Notes: a model not told the origin generated them from the sequence alone. A DNA stretch of 64,000 bases from Octopus sinensis (GCF_006345805.1 NC_043017.1:3906001-3970000), one strand, 5' to 3'. Positions 1-11,039 are shown, counted from the first letter of the stretch. Made by a program: numbers and translations.

Positions 1-100
1 TGGCTGTGAAAGTGTATGAATGAGAAAATGGTATGAAAGGTCAGAATTGCATCTGTCATCAGGAACACTTAGAAACGAACAGAACGATATGCACACTTAC

Positions 101-204
101 CATTGGGAACTTAGCATGGTCTTCAAGTTGAATGTATTTTCCATCGGGTCCTACTTCAAGGATTTTCACAGAGTCTTCTGTAGGGCGGCTCATGGTCTCT
201 TTCT
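101..204 (-). CDS. IF gene A exon 8 (start of lamin-tail domain); gene continues off the left edge
   Basis: ttcag|AG AAA GAG ACC ATG... encodes KETMSRPTEDSVKILEVGPDGKYIQLEDHAKFPM|gtaagt. 104 nt, phase 1 to 0, same length as gene B exon 8. Confidence 0.88.
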
Positions 205-1401
205 CTGAAGAAAATGTCCAGAGGTATGAATATTATAAACTGTACATATATAAACACGTGTGTGTGTGTGCTTGTGTGTGTATGTACTTGTGTGTGTGTG
301 TACAAAGATACACACATGTATATATATATAGATATTTCTATATGAATTTACAGGTATATATATATAGAGAGAGACACACACACGCGCATGCACACGCACA
401 CATGCACACACACACACACACATATATAGATATTGATAGATAAGTAGATAGATTGATAGCTACCTACTTAGTCAAATATATACATACTACGTACGTATGT
501 ACATATATACATACACAGACACACACACACACACATACATACATACAAACATACATACATACATACATACAAACAAACATACATGGTAGCTGCCCCCTCG
601 TTATCGAGTATGACCATTGCACGAAGCTTAACTCGTTATCGTGCAATGCCTGTGCAAGAAGAGTTTTTTTTTTTAAAGTGAGGAAAGGCTGAGCACTGAG
701 TCAATCCCACTCACTAAGCAACAGCAGCCATGATCCGAAAAGAAGAACAAGTCAACATCATCGGTAACCACTGAGCCGCACGTTTTATGTCGGAGTCATC
801 CCAGTTACCTGAGTTACCTTCTCATAGAAGGATGCCCTAACAAAGGCTAGGAGTCCTTCACTCCCAATGGTTTAACCGCGCGATCGGGTATCAGTCCGAT
901 TATTTCTATGACCCCGCGCATGATACACCCTTAAGCTGGATAAGATTGATATAAGGAGTAAAAAAAAGAGAGAGAGAGAGAGAGAAACATATATAAAAAA
1001 GGCAGATATATAGTAAAGATATATATATAATTACACATTTATTGGATGGCCGTTGACTCTCAAGAGTTCCTTACCCTGTTGTTGATGTCTGATGTTGAAA
1101 TTCCAATAAAGGAGCCTTGGATCTAGGCTAGAAACCGCTTCTTTATTGGCAAGAACCCGGGATTTCTCGGTATACACAAACACAATAAAATAACCTCAGA
1201 ATTATGGAGGCTCCCTTATGCTAATTGTAACCCTCTGAGATTAAATTCCTGGGGTCGGCCTTGCCTTCCGATCTATTGGTGTCAATAACTGAGGAACTAC
1301 TATACTAATAGAATAGATTGTACACACACACACTCTCTCTCTCTCTCTCTCACACTGTCTCTGTCTTTCTCTCTCACTTCTCTCTTGCATTCCTATCTTT
1401 C

Positions 1402-1443
<42 letters not shown>

Positions 1444-1637
1444 CTCTCTCTCTCTTCTCTGTTTCGCTCATTATGTTCGGATCTGAATCTGGATGAGCTT
1501 GTTGTGTACCTGTACGCTGTGTCACGGTATCATTCTTGCCATTTTACCAATGATTTAATAGCCCAAGGTACATAACACGCACATACAAGCACATTCAAGC
1601 ACACCACATTCACTTACATACACATACTTACGTATAT

Positions 1638-1644
1638 ATGTATG

Positions 1645-1693
<49 letters not shown>

Positions 1694-1717
1694 TATATAT
1701 ATTATATATATATATAG

Positions 1718-1748
<31 letters not shown>

Positions 1749-2049
1749 CACACATTTATATATATATATGTATATATGTGTGTTGTGTGTATATACACAT
1801 ACATATATATATATACACACACATATATATATATAGGGAGAGAGAGAGAGAGAGAGAAAGAGAAATACACACATTTATATATATAATGTATATATGTGTG
1901 TTGTGTGTATATACACATACATATATATATATACACACATATATATAGATAGGGAGAGAGGAGAGAGAGAGAGAAAGAGAAAACACACATTTATATATAT
2001 ATGTATATATGTGTGTTTGTGTGTATATACACATACAATATATATATAC

Positions 2050-2080
<31 letters not shown>

Positions 2081-2101
2081 AATATATATATATATATTAA
2101 T

Positions 2102-2166
<65 letters not shown>

Positions 2167-2665
2167 AAAGTAAGGTAGGGGTTATGGGTGTAACCCACTA
2201 TGAGATATCATGAATAAATAATACAGCATTATAATATCCGTAAGTTGATGAACAAACCAAATTTGTTTCTCCATTTTCTTATTTGTATTATATGTACGTA
2301 TGTATGTATGTATGTACGTATGTATGTATGTATGTACGTATGTATGTATGTATGTATGTACGTATGTATGTATGTATGTATGTATGTACGTACGTACGTA
2401 CGTATGTATGTATGTATGTATGTATGTATGTATGTATGTATGTATGTACGTATGTATGTATGTATGTATGTACGTATGTATGTATGTATGTATGTATGTA
2501 CGTACGTACGTATGTATGTATGTATGTATGTATGTATGTACGTATGTATGTATGTATGTATGTATGTATGTATGTATGTATGTATGCATGTATGTATGTA
2601 TGTATGTATGTACGTACGTACGTATGTATGTATGTATGTATGTATGTATGTATGTATGTATGTAT
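1638..2665. repeat. Compound (TA)n/(GA)n/(TATG)n microsatellites
   Basis: Direct reading; includes a roughly 120-bp triplicated compound unit at about 1717-2060. Confidence 0.95.
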
Positions 2666-2732
2666 ATATGTTGCATTCTTTTATGAAGGAAGTGATGAAG
2701 ACAAATGCAACTCGCTGCTGCTAATGCGTTCA

Positions 2733-2944
2733 CAGGTGCCGACTCACCTTTTGTTTGATGTCCAGGTGCCGACTCACCTTCTGTTTTAGGTCCAGGTGCC
2801 GACTCACCCTCTGTTTGAGGTCCAGGTGCCGACTCACCTTCTGTTTGATGTCCAGGTGCCGACTCACCTTTTGTTTGAGGTCCAGGTGCCGACTCACCCT
2901 CTGTTTGAGGTCCAGGTGCCGACTCACCTTCTGTTTGAGGTCCA
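2733..2944 (-). repeat. Seven-copy 30-bp minisatellite encoding GPQTEGESAP-like units
   Basis: Unit tccaggtgccgactcaccttctgtttgagg starting at 2731, 2761 ... 2911; variant pattern suggests a 90-bp higher-order period. Confidence 0.95.
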
Positions 2945-2965
2945 TCAACCGGTTTCGAACTCTCA
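2748..2965 (-). CDS. IF gene A exon 7 (tail linker); end ambiguous, 7 candidate donors (exon ends 2928, 2898, 2868, 2838, 2808, 2778, 2748)
   Basis: ttttgcag|T GAG AGT TCG AAA CCG GTT GAT GGA CCT CAA ACA GAA G... Homologous to gene B exon 7 (GLQTESENA). Phase-2 start matches exon 6 and phase-1 donors match exon 8. Confidence 0.75.
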
Positions 2966-3476
2966 CTGCAAAATTAAGATACATTTAATGTAATCTCAAC
3001 AAATATTGTAGGTTAATACGTGAATTCAATGAAAGAAGAGTGTTTATTATTCGTTATTGCTGAACGTGTATGTGGCTTTGATGACGTTCAACCTCTCATT
3101 TTAGCCTAGACACCAAAAGTCTATTATGGCGAGGCTGATCTCGTCATTTTTGCGTATCCGTTCAAATCGTTGAATTTACATGTGTTGCATTGTAGTGTAG
3201 CGGGTGAACAGGTTTACGTCTGGCTGCTTTTCCTAGCAAACCTAGCAGACGGTGGTTTCGCTCCCCACTCACCGACTGCTTGGGTTGAGTGAAATGAAAT
3301 ACATTAATGTTTAATACACTTCTATATTTAAGAGATGAGGAATTATGTACATTATTTATGGAACTTTGTTTTCATCTTGTTTGTTGTTAACATAACGGTT
3401 CGGCTGATATACTCTCCAGCCTTCCGAACCTGGGTTCTCATTCTTAAGGTATTTTTCGATGTTGTTGTTATTATTA

Positions 3477-3548
<72 letters not shown>

Positions 3549-3660
3549 TCACTGCCTAGAATCGAACTCAGAATCTTGGGATTATATTATATATATATAT
3601 TAGATATATATATATTTACGAAGTCGAGACGGATATCTGCAGCTGACAGGCTTCTGCTAC

Positions 3661-3707
3661 TCTAGACCGATGATGGACAAAGATCCTGAAACATGCGTGT
3701 CTCTAGA
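3661..3707 (+). ncRNA. Hammerhead-like motif with CCGAUGA core variant
   Basis: UCUAGA-CCGAUGA-uGGAcaaagaUCCu-GAAAC-AUGCGU-GUC-UCUAGA. Confidence 0.5.
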
Positions 3708-4106
3708 TGCAGGCCTGCCTGCTGGGGGTATTTGTCTCCCCTTCGTAAATATATAAGGACACAGGAAAAAAAATGTGTCGAAGCCATCAGGAAGCGTCGA
3801 TGCTTCCTAGGGCTAAACAGCGGTGGTGTAATCCCCTACTGTCACGTTAAATTGACAGTATACAACCATTCTATCGCCCCACCACCGTAGTGGTGAAGTA
3901 GCCGCGCTCAGCTTCTGCTAAGGCCTCAAAACGGCCCCAAAAACTGGCGCATGCATTCTTCAGTGCATCTTTGCGAAGATTTGAAACACCTCCCTGATCT
4001 TGGTCACCATTTCGGCCTTGGTGTTGCAGGTAGAGCGCTTGGTGTCTCTCTCTCAACCGCGCCCGATATTTAGAAATTTAATATTTCTGATTTATTTAAT
4101 ATTTAC

Positions 4107-4327
4107 CTGCTATCTACGTCTTTAAGTTGTGCAAGCATTGCTGCCACCTCCATCCCTGTGAAGTTCTTAGCATTTGCCAGCTCTTCGAAGTCCTTGAACA
4201 CATCCTCGAACTCTCTACGCAAGCGAGCAATCTCGTCCTCGTAACTCGCAGCGTCGGATTCTCGTCCGTTTTCGGCCTCATCCCGTTGAAATTCCAGTTC
4301 AGTAATTTTACGTTTCATATCTGCTAT
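4107..4327 (-). CDS. IF gene A exon 6 (coil 2B end, degenerate helix-termination motif)
   Basis: tttacag|ATA GCA GAT...GAT AGC AG|gtaaat; 221 nt, the conserved IF coil-2B exon length; IADMKRKITELE...AKNFTGMEVAAMLAQLKDVDS. Confidence 0.92.
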
Positions 4328-4800
4328 CTGTAAAGACAATAAATAATGCAATTATTAATTGTAAAATAATATATAATTATTAATTATTATACAATTATTA
4401 ATTACCATAAAACTGTTGAGACAATTTTTTTACAGGGTATTAGGCTAAATTTGACAATTTTTTCGTTGGAATGTGAAGTTTAGAAAAAGTTAACTGATAT
4501 GGAGAACTGGAAACCAGTCAAATATTTTAATGCTGTCCAACCCTTTTGAACAGGGCCTTAGGCTCAATTGAAACAGCTACGTCAGGCTGCTGCAGACTGG
4601 TCAACATCTAGCTGGTGAGGGTCGCTGTTGGAAGGCAGTATGTGTGTGGCAGCAGGATTGGGGTCCTTGCCAGACCTTCGGAAAGGTCCTGTTGTGGATG
4701 TTCGAGAATTTCTATGACTTCACAAAATCCGTTTCTAGTCTTTCTAATTCTCCCAATTGTAATTTCATAGATCACACTGCGTCGGGCGCGGTTGAGAGAG

Positions 4801-4883
4801 ACACCAAGCGTTCTACCTGCAACACCAAGCGTTCTACCTGCAACACCAAGCGTTCTACCTGCAACACCTAGCGTTCTACCTGC
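4801..4883 (+). repeat. Four-copy 20-bp tandem repeat in a Tc1-like fragment
   Basis: (acaccaagcgttctacctgc)x4. Confidence 0.9.
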
Positions 4884-5752
4884 AGGTTCTGGGGCCGTTT
4901 TGAGGCCTTAGCAGAAGCTGAGCGCGGCTACTTCAAGTATTATTGTTATCGCTTTAATTATATGATATAGTTGAAACATTTTGATTTTTTAGAATAATTT
5001 TTAGTTATCGATGGGAAATTACATTTTCTTCTGCTTTTATGCAAACTGTGAAATGTATCCAACACATCCCGTATTCTTATTATTATTCTTATTAGGTGAA
5101 ACTAGCCCTTAACTGATTATATATATATTGATAAAAATGGTAAGACCACAAAAGACAGAAAGAGACCTCGATTTTATGTAAATCGAGGAATTTATCTGTA
5201 AATGTAATATGTGACAATTATTCAGTAGCCATGCTAAAACTCCGAGTTTCGGATGCCGAGGTGGAAATCCACGCCTCCATCTCTTCAGTTATCTGGCCAT
5301 CGGAAAAAATGGCTTCATATTTTTCCGATGGCTACCAAATAATTGTCACAAATTACATTTACAGTTATATCGTATGCATAAATTAAAAATCCCTTAAATT
5401 TTAATATTTTCTCTTCTCCATTTTAAACAAATTTGTTGAGTTTTATGGGATGCCTTCCCATAAATTCCCATAACACACCATATACAAGTATTATTTTGCA
5501 TTTTCGCAAACTTACGCCACTAGGCTACCAGCAAAAGATGAAGAATCTATTGTAGAAAGCGGATTTGGGAATCCTCCAAATTAAAGGACGAAATATAATT
5601 CAATCTTTCACACACACACACACAAACGCACAAACGCACACACACAAACACGCGCGCACACACACACACGCGCACACACACACACACACATATATATTTG
5701 TGTGTGGGTGTGCGTGTGTGTATACGCGCAGGTTTGTATACTGGTATAGATG

Positions 5753-5802
<50 letters not shown>

Positions 5803-5843
5803 TGGATGGATGGATGGATGGATGGATGGATGGATGGATGGAT

Positions 5844-5921
<78 letters not shown>

Positions 5922-5972
5922 CTGAGGGATTGACTGATTAGTTGGTTAGTTGATTGATGTAACGTTCCTTAC

Positions 5973-6068
5973 CTGAGTTTCAAGTTCGCTTATTTTACCC
6001 AAATCTCTTCTCTTCCTTGGGTCTATAAAATCTTCTTTGGGCTTGGCTTTTGCCTTCTCTAACTGTAA
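5973..6068 (-). CDS. IF gene A exon 5
   Basis: ctccatag|LQLEKAKAKPKEDFIDPRKRRDLGKISELETQ|gtaagg; 96 nt; flanks align with gene B exon 5. Confidence 0.85.
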
Positions 6069-6460
6069 CTATGGAGATAATAAAATTATAATTTTTATGT
6101 TTTATTTGTCTTCCAAATTGCAGTAGCTAAAGCGATATTACAAGGAAAAGTTACAAATAGTTGGATTGTTGTTCAGAACTGATTGTGAAAAAATAATCAA
6201 AAATAGGTAAAATTAACATAAACGGTTGCTGGACTCCTTTTCCTTCTACAAATGACCTGAAAAAAGTGAAGGGGGCTTGCCTGAGCCCTCTTCCATTCAA
6301 ATCTGTCCGTTGTGTATACAACCTGTATTTTCCCCTAGCGATCGAAATAAAACTGATTGCCTTTTCCACCCGGAAAGAAGGCTACAATTTGATTTACACG
6401 GACTCTGCTGATAACCAAGTCCGTTACTCACATAAGTACAGCTACGCAACATAACTCTTT

Positions 6461-6960
6461 CTACAACTTAGCAATGCTGGGCACTAAACATGTGTTATGC
6501 AGAACTCTTTCATCGTTCTGCAAGCGTGATGGATATGCCCTGATGTACAGCATATTCTCAACTCTCTCACTGGATATGCTAATACCGTTGGCTATTTGGC
6601 TTATAGTCAATCGCCTGTCGTCCATCACCATGTGGTGATCACAGTCGATGTTTTCCTCGGCGGTAGCAATTGCAAGACAGCTAGAATTTGGGTCATCTTC
6701 AAGACACTCCATTCCCTTCCTAAATTCAGCTGCCTACTTTTGCACCGTTCATAAAGCTGGAGCGCCATTTCATAATGTAGCAACCATGCCACAATGAACG
6801 TCCTTGCGGGAAGGGGGCGGCGAAACCTTTTCCTGCAGGTCCATAATAACACTACGATGCCAAATTTTGTCCATTTTCGAGAGCAGTCGCTAGCAGCTAC
6901 TTTTGAAGTCTTCTTTGAACAGTCAGATATCATATTACCTGGAATGAAACAATGATGTTA
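6461..6960 (-). mobile_element. Decayed mariner transposase fragment
   Basis: LEDDP...ENID..MVMDDRRLTISQIA..ISISSERVENML, mariner HTH region. Confidence 0.7.
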
Positions 6961-7255
6961 TTTATAAGACGAGCTGAAATTAATGCATACTAGATTTCAC
7001 AGTTCCAGCATCTCCCCTTCATAATCCACGTATGAAATCTTCTCCCAGCCCTCGTACAATGCACATTGAATATAAATTTGGTATCGAAAATAGCAATGCG
7101 CATAAAACTTCTCAGCAACGTGGCTCATACTATCTGAAATAAGGTGAAATGTGTCTACGTTCTTCCTGTAACTATACTACAGTATACTAAAGTATGGTAA
7201 GTAAGGCTCTTCAAATGTTTCAATTGAAAGCCATTTTCTGTGGATTTATAGAAGA

Positions 7256-7688
7256 CTAGCAGCATAGCCCGGCGTTGCCCGGGTATGTAAAAGCCCCTAG
7301 TAGGCAACGACTAATCCCAATCTAGTCGTTTCCCTCTAGGGAACGAAGGCGCATGTGTAGGTTGCAATGTTTTCTCTTCACTCGAATACTTCTGTGTATA
7401 CGATATTCCTAGCTGTCCCTTTGGGCGATAAAAAGGTCGAGTTGTGTCCCCTAGACAGAAAATGTAAAAAGCTCAGATTCTCGACCCCATGTCGAATTTA
7501 TCGATTTTTTTCAGAACTGGGGGAGCTTTTCAAAATTTTCGCTGCGTTAGTTTTGGATTATGACATTGGGCTATGTGTGTGTCAAGTTTCATCAGAATCG
7601 GTTGAAAGCCGTGGTCAGGGTGAGGGTACAACCTGACAGACACACAGACACACAGACAGACAAACTGCCGTTTATATATAGAGAGAGA
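7256..7688 (-). mobile_element. Non-autonomous Helitron
   Basis: Minus strand starts TC..TATATATAAA and ends with hairpin CCCGGGCAACGCCGGG then CTAG; sits between A and T without TSD. Confidence 0.75.
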
Positions 7689-7794
7689 TTTACGGATTAC
7701 AAAACGACAAAACATCAGAAGAACAAACAATATATAAGGTTAGTTTTCCAACTGTTTCAAAGCATCCAACTGTATTTGTTCTTTTGTACTCTCT

Positions 7795-8211
7795 CTCTTT
7801 ACTCTTTACTCTTTTACTTGTTTCAGTCATTTGACTGCGGCCATGCTGGAGCACCGCCTTTAGTCGAGCAACTCGACCCCGGGACTTATTCTTTTGTAAG
7901 CCCAGTACTTATTCTATCGGTCTCTTTTGCCGAACCGCTATGCTACGGGGACGTAAACACACCAGCATCGGTTGTCAAGCAATGCTAGGGGGACAAACAC
8001 ACACACACAAACACATACATACATATATACACATATATATACATATATACGACAGGCTTCTTTCAGTTTCCGTCTACCAAATCCACTCACAAGGCATTGG
8101 TCGGCCCGGGGCTATAGCAGAAGACACTTGCCCAAGATGCCACGCAGTGGGACTGAACCCGGAACCATGTGGTTGGTTAGCAAGCTACTTACCACACAGC
8201 CACTCCCGCGC
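7795..8211 (-). mobile_element. tRNA-derived SINE family 1
   Basis: A/B-box head GTGGCTGTGTGGT...GGTTCAGTCCC, internal (TA/TG) tract, AAAGAGT tail; about 30 nt from the exon 4 donor. Confidence 0.85.
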
Positions 8212-8240
8212 ATATTTGATCTTACTATATATTTCTTTAC

Positions 8241-8405
8241 CTGTCCCGCGTATCTTCTTTCCATGTCAGCAGTAGCTTTTCTCAACTTGTCCTCATACTG
8301 AGCGCTTAAATCAGCAACTATATTTCCAATTTCGGTCTTCTGTGTTTCATCGAAATCGGGTATCTTCTTCAATTTTGATATCATCGCGTTCAATTCCTTG
8401 ACCTC
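8241..8405 (-). CDS. IF gene A exon 4 (L12 linker / coil 2 start)
   Basis: tttgcag|EVKELNAMISKLKK...DLSAQYEDKLRKATADMERRYAGQ|gtaaag; 165 nt, as in gene B. Confidence 0.9.
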
Positions 8406-9019
8406 CTGCAAATAGTATTTAAAACAAAACAATTGGTAAAACGGAGATTAGAAGGCAACTATTGGTTTCAAATTTTGACACGAAGTCAGCAAATTCGGTG
8501 GTGTGGTAAGTCGATTAAATTGATTTCAATACTCAGCTGGTTCTTATTTTATCGACCCTGGGAGGATTAAAGGCAATGTCCATCTCGGCGGAGTGTGACC
8601 TCTCATCGTAAATTTGAACGAAATGCTGCTAAGCCTTTGTTAGAATGCCAATATTGGTTTCAAATGTTCGCAAAAGGCCAGCAATTTTTTGGATGTAGGG
8701 GCCTAAACCGGTGTGGTAAAGATTCTGCCATTTCGATGCACTTTAAGAAGCTAATATTAGGTTTTATTGAGATTTCGTAGATTTAAAACATAATGCTATG
8801 GCAAATTGCTGGTATACATCTTTTTCGGGGCCAGGGCAGATATGCTGTCAACACTGAACCCTTTCTTCGTCGAATCAAAGTAAATTCTCCCACCAAACTC
8901 CGAAAATTGTTGAGAGGAAGTGATACTCGATAGAATAAATTAGTGAAAGCAATACTAATCCTTCTCTGAGCGATTAGCGATGTCTGTCCGTTGTTATCTA
9001 TAATCAGATATGTGTAATA

Positions 9020-9430
9020 CTCTTACTCTTTTACTCTTTTACTTGTTTCAGTCATTTGACTGCGGCCATGCTGGAGCACCGCCTTTAGTCGAGCAACTCG
9101 ACCCCGGGACTTATTCTTTTGTAAGCCCAGTACTTATTCTATCGGTCTCTTTTGCCGAACCGCAAAGTAACGGGGACATAAACACACCAGCATCGGTTGT
9201 CAAGCAATGCTAGGGGGACAAACACAGACACACAAACACACACACGCATATATATATACATATATACGACGGGCTTCTTTCAGTTTCCGTCAACCAAATC
9301 CACTCACAGGGCTTTGGTCGGCCCGAGGCTATAGTAGAAGACACCTGCCCAAGGTGCCACGCAGTGGGACTGAACCCGGAACCATGTGGTTGGTAAACAA
9401 GCTACTTACCACACAGCCACTCCTGCGCCT
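9020..9430 (-). mobile_element. tRNA-derived SINE family 1
   Basis: Near-identical to other copies in the window. Confidence 0.85.
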
Positions 9431-9470
9431 ATGTGTCATTTTGAGAGATAAGTATTCTAGCTATAAGTGA

Positions 9471-9898
9471 TCAAGCCATAAGTGACTGCAGATTCGGGAT
9501 CGGGATAGGAGGCACCGACGAAAGTTTCTGCTTGGCGGGCACCTCGTCTTTTGGAACCTGATGAAAATCCTTAAAAAGACTCCGCCGGTTACGACGACGA
9601 GGGTCCCAGCTGATACGATCAACGGTACAGCTTGCTCGTGAAATTAACGTGCAAATGGCTGAGCATTCCACAGACACGTGTACCCTTAACGTAGTTCTCG
9701 GGGATAATCAGCGTGACACAGAGAGTGACAAGGCTGACCCTTTGAAATACAAGTACAACTCATTTTTGCCAGCTGAGTGGACTGGAGCAACGTGAAATAA
9801 AGTGTCTTGCTCAAGGACACAACGCGTCGCCGGGAATCGAACTCACAACCTTACGATCATGAGCCGAATGCCCTAACCACTAAGCCACGCGCCCTCAC
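9471..9898 (-). mobile_element. tRNA-derived SINE (family 2 relative)
   Basis: Head GTGAGGGCGCGTGGCTTAGTGGTTAGGGCA..GTTCGATTCCC; shares 3' part with family 2. Confidence 0.75.
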
Positions 9899-10104
9899 GA
9901 TCAAAATCTTACCAGGCTCATGAAATCACTGGAAAATCTGATATTATTTCAGGCAGATCTAACTGGTTTTCTTGAACGCTTCCTAACTATCAGCTTACTG
10001 AGATAGTTGTAACTTATCTCTTGAAAAGTATTGATCCTTTGATTGCGAAATTGACGCAACCTGATTCCAGGAAGTTGTAAACACCGTGAGGAATTATAAA
10101 AGAA

Positions 10105-10501
10105 CTAGCAGTATCGCCCGGCGTTGCTCGGGTTTGTAAGGGAAATAACTATATAAGCATTTTTAGAGATGTAAAGTATAATAGCCATCTCAATATGGCT
10201 AACCACAAAGGGGGGGGGGGTACTGTAGCTTTTTACGTTCTGACATTTAATAATAAATTTTTAGAGAGTTACTTCCCTTATATATGCCAAAAAGGCATTA
10301 AAAATGGGAAAAATTGATGGTAATTTTTTTTTTAAATCGTAGACTCATCGTAGACGCGCGCTAATACCCAGAAGGGCTCGATATGAATGACGACTATAAG
10401 ATACCCGGTTTTGGTTAAACTGCACCGCAAAATGTGGGAGTAGTTAGGAATCTAAATCGTAGGAGACAGACAGCACACAACCTCACTTTTGTATATAAAG
10501 A
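10105..10501 (-). mobile_element. Non-autonomous Helitron
   Basis: TC start, CCCGAGCAACGCCGGG..CTAG end, A|T target; empty site in paralog B intron 3 near 44250. Confidence 0.8.
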
Positions 10502-10584
10502 TATAACTAAAAACTACATGGCAATTCCCGTGCAAAAAAAAAAAGAAAATAACACGAAAGGGAAAAAAATAAGAGCAACATTAC

Positions 10585-10680
10585 GGCATCATGGATATCA
10601 TAATTGAAAGAAAGTTCGTCTTCCAGCTTCGCGGCACAGTCTGATAATTCCAATCTCTCACTAGTTTCCATTTCTAGTTC
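10585..10680 (-). CDS. IF gene A exon 3 (coil 1B end)
   Basis: ctgtag|ELEMETSERLELSDCAAKLEDELSFNYDIHDA|gtaatg; 96 nt. Confidence 0.9.
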
Positions 10681-11039
10681 CTACAGAAAAGATTAAAAAA
10701 ATACTTTCATCTTTATTTTTCGAAAAGTACACTTTACATCAATAATTAATCCTGGACGGAAGATGAAGTACAAAAATAAGAAAAGTGAAATCGGTTCGCA
10801 TAGGAACTATTTTGTGTTGCCCCTACTCCCCACCCCCACCCCATACGCACACACTGTTATTAGAAGTTTATGCAGTACTTTAATAACCGACGTTTTAGGG
10901 TTAGGGCACTTTGCAAGGAGACTATTCATAATATGATAGGCGACAATGCGTTATTCTTTAGAGCAGTGCGGGGTTCAAAAAACACCTGAGATCTCGACGG
11001 CGACCGGCAAAAAGAGATAGAGTTCATTTAAGCTCTAGT

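Noticed and set aside
2706-2716. GC-AG donor (gcgagt) at the ancestral end of gene A exon 7
   Set aside because: Phase 0 would frameshift exon 8; the alternative A|gttgca is in phase but a poor match compared with the seven GTGAGT sites.
1241-2789. YI-, MYVC- and ER-repeat ORFs (also 26111-27636 and 56474-57842)
   Set aside because: Translations of stop-poor microsatellites.
2733-2944. 30-bp repeats as a CRISPR array, or ORFs 2730-2984, 2755-2988 and 2796-2993 as genes
   Set aside because: No spacers and a eukaryotic context; the frame supported by splice phase and paralogy is GPQTEGESAP, not those ORFs.
7940-8301. Recurrent ORFs such as RLPNPLTRHWSARGYSRRHLPK and MVVIPAVLFHHNF
   Set aside because: Chance frames in SINE copies; recurrence reflects the repeat, not a protein family.
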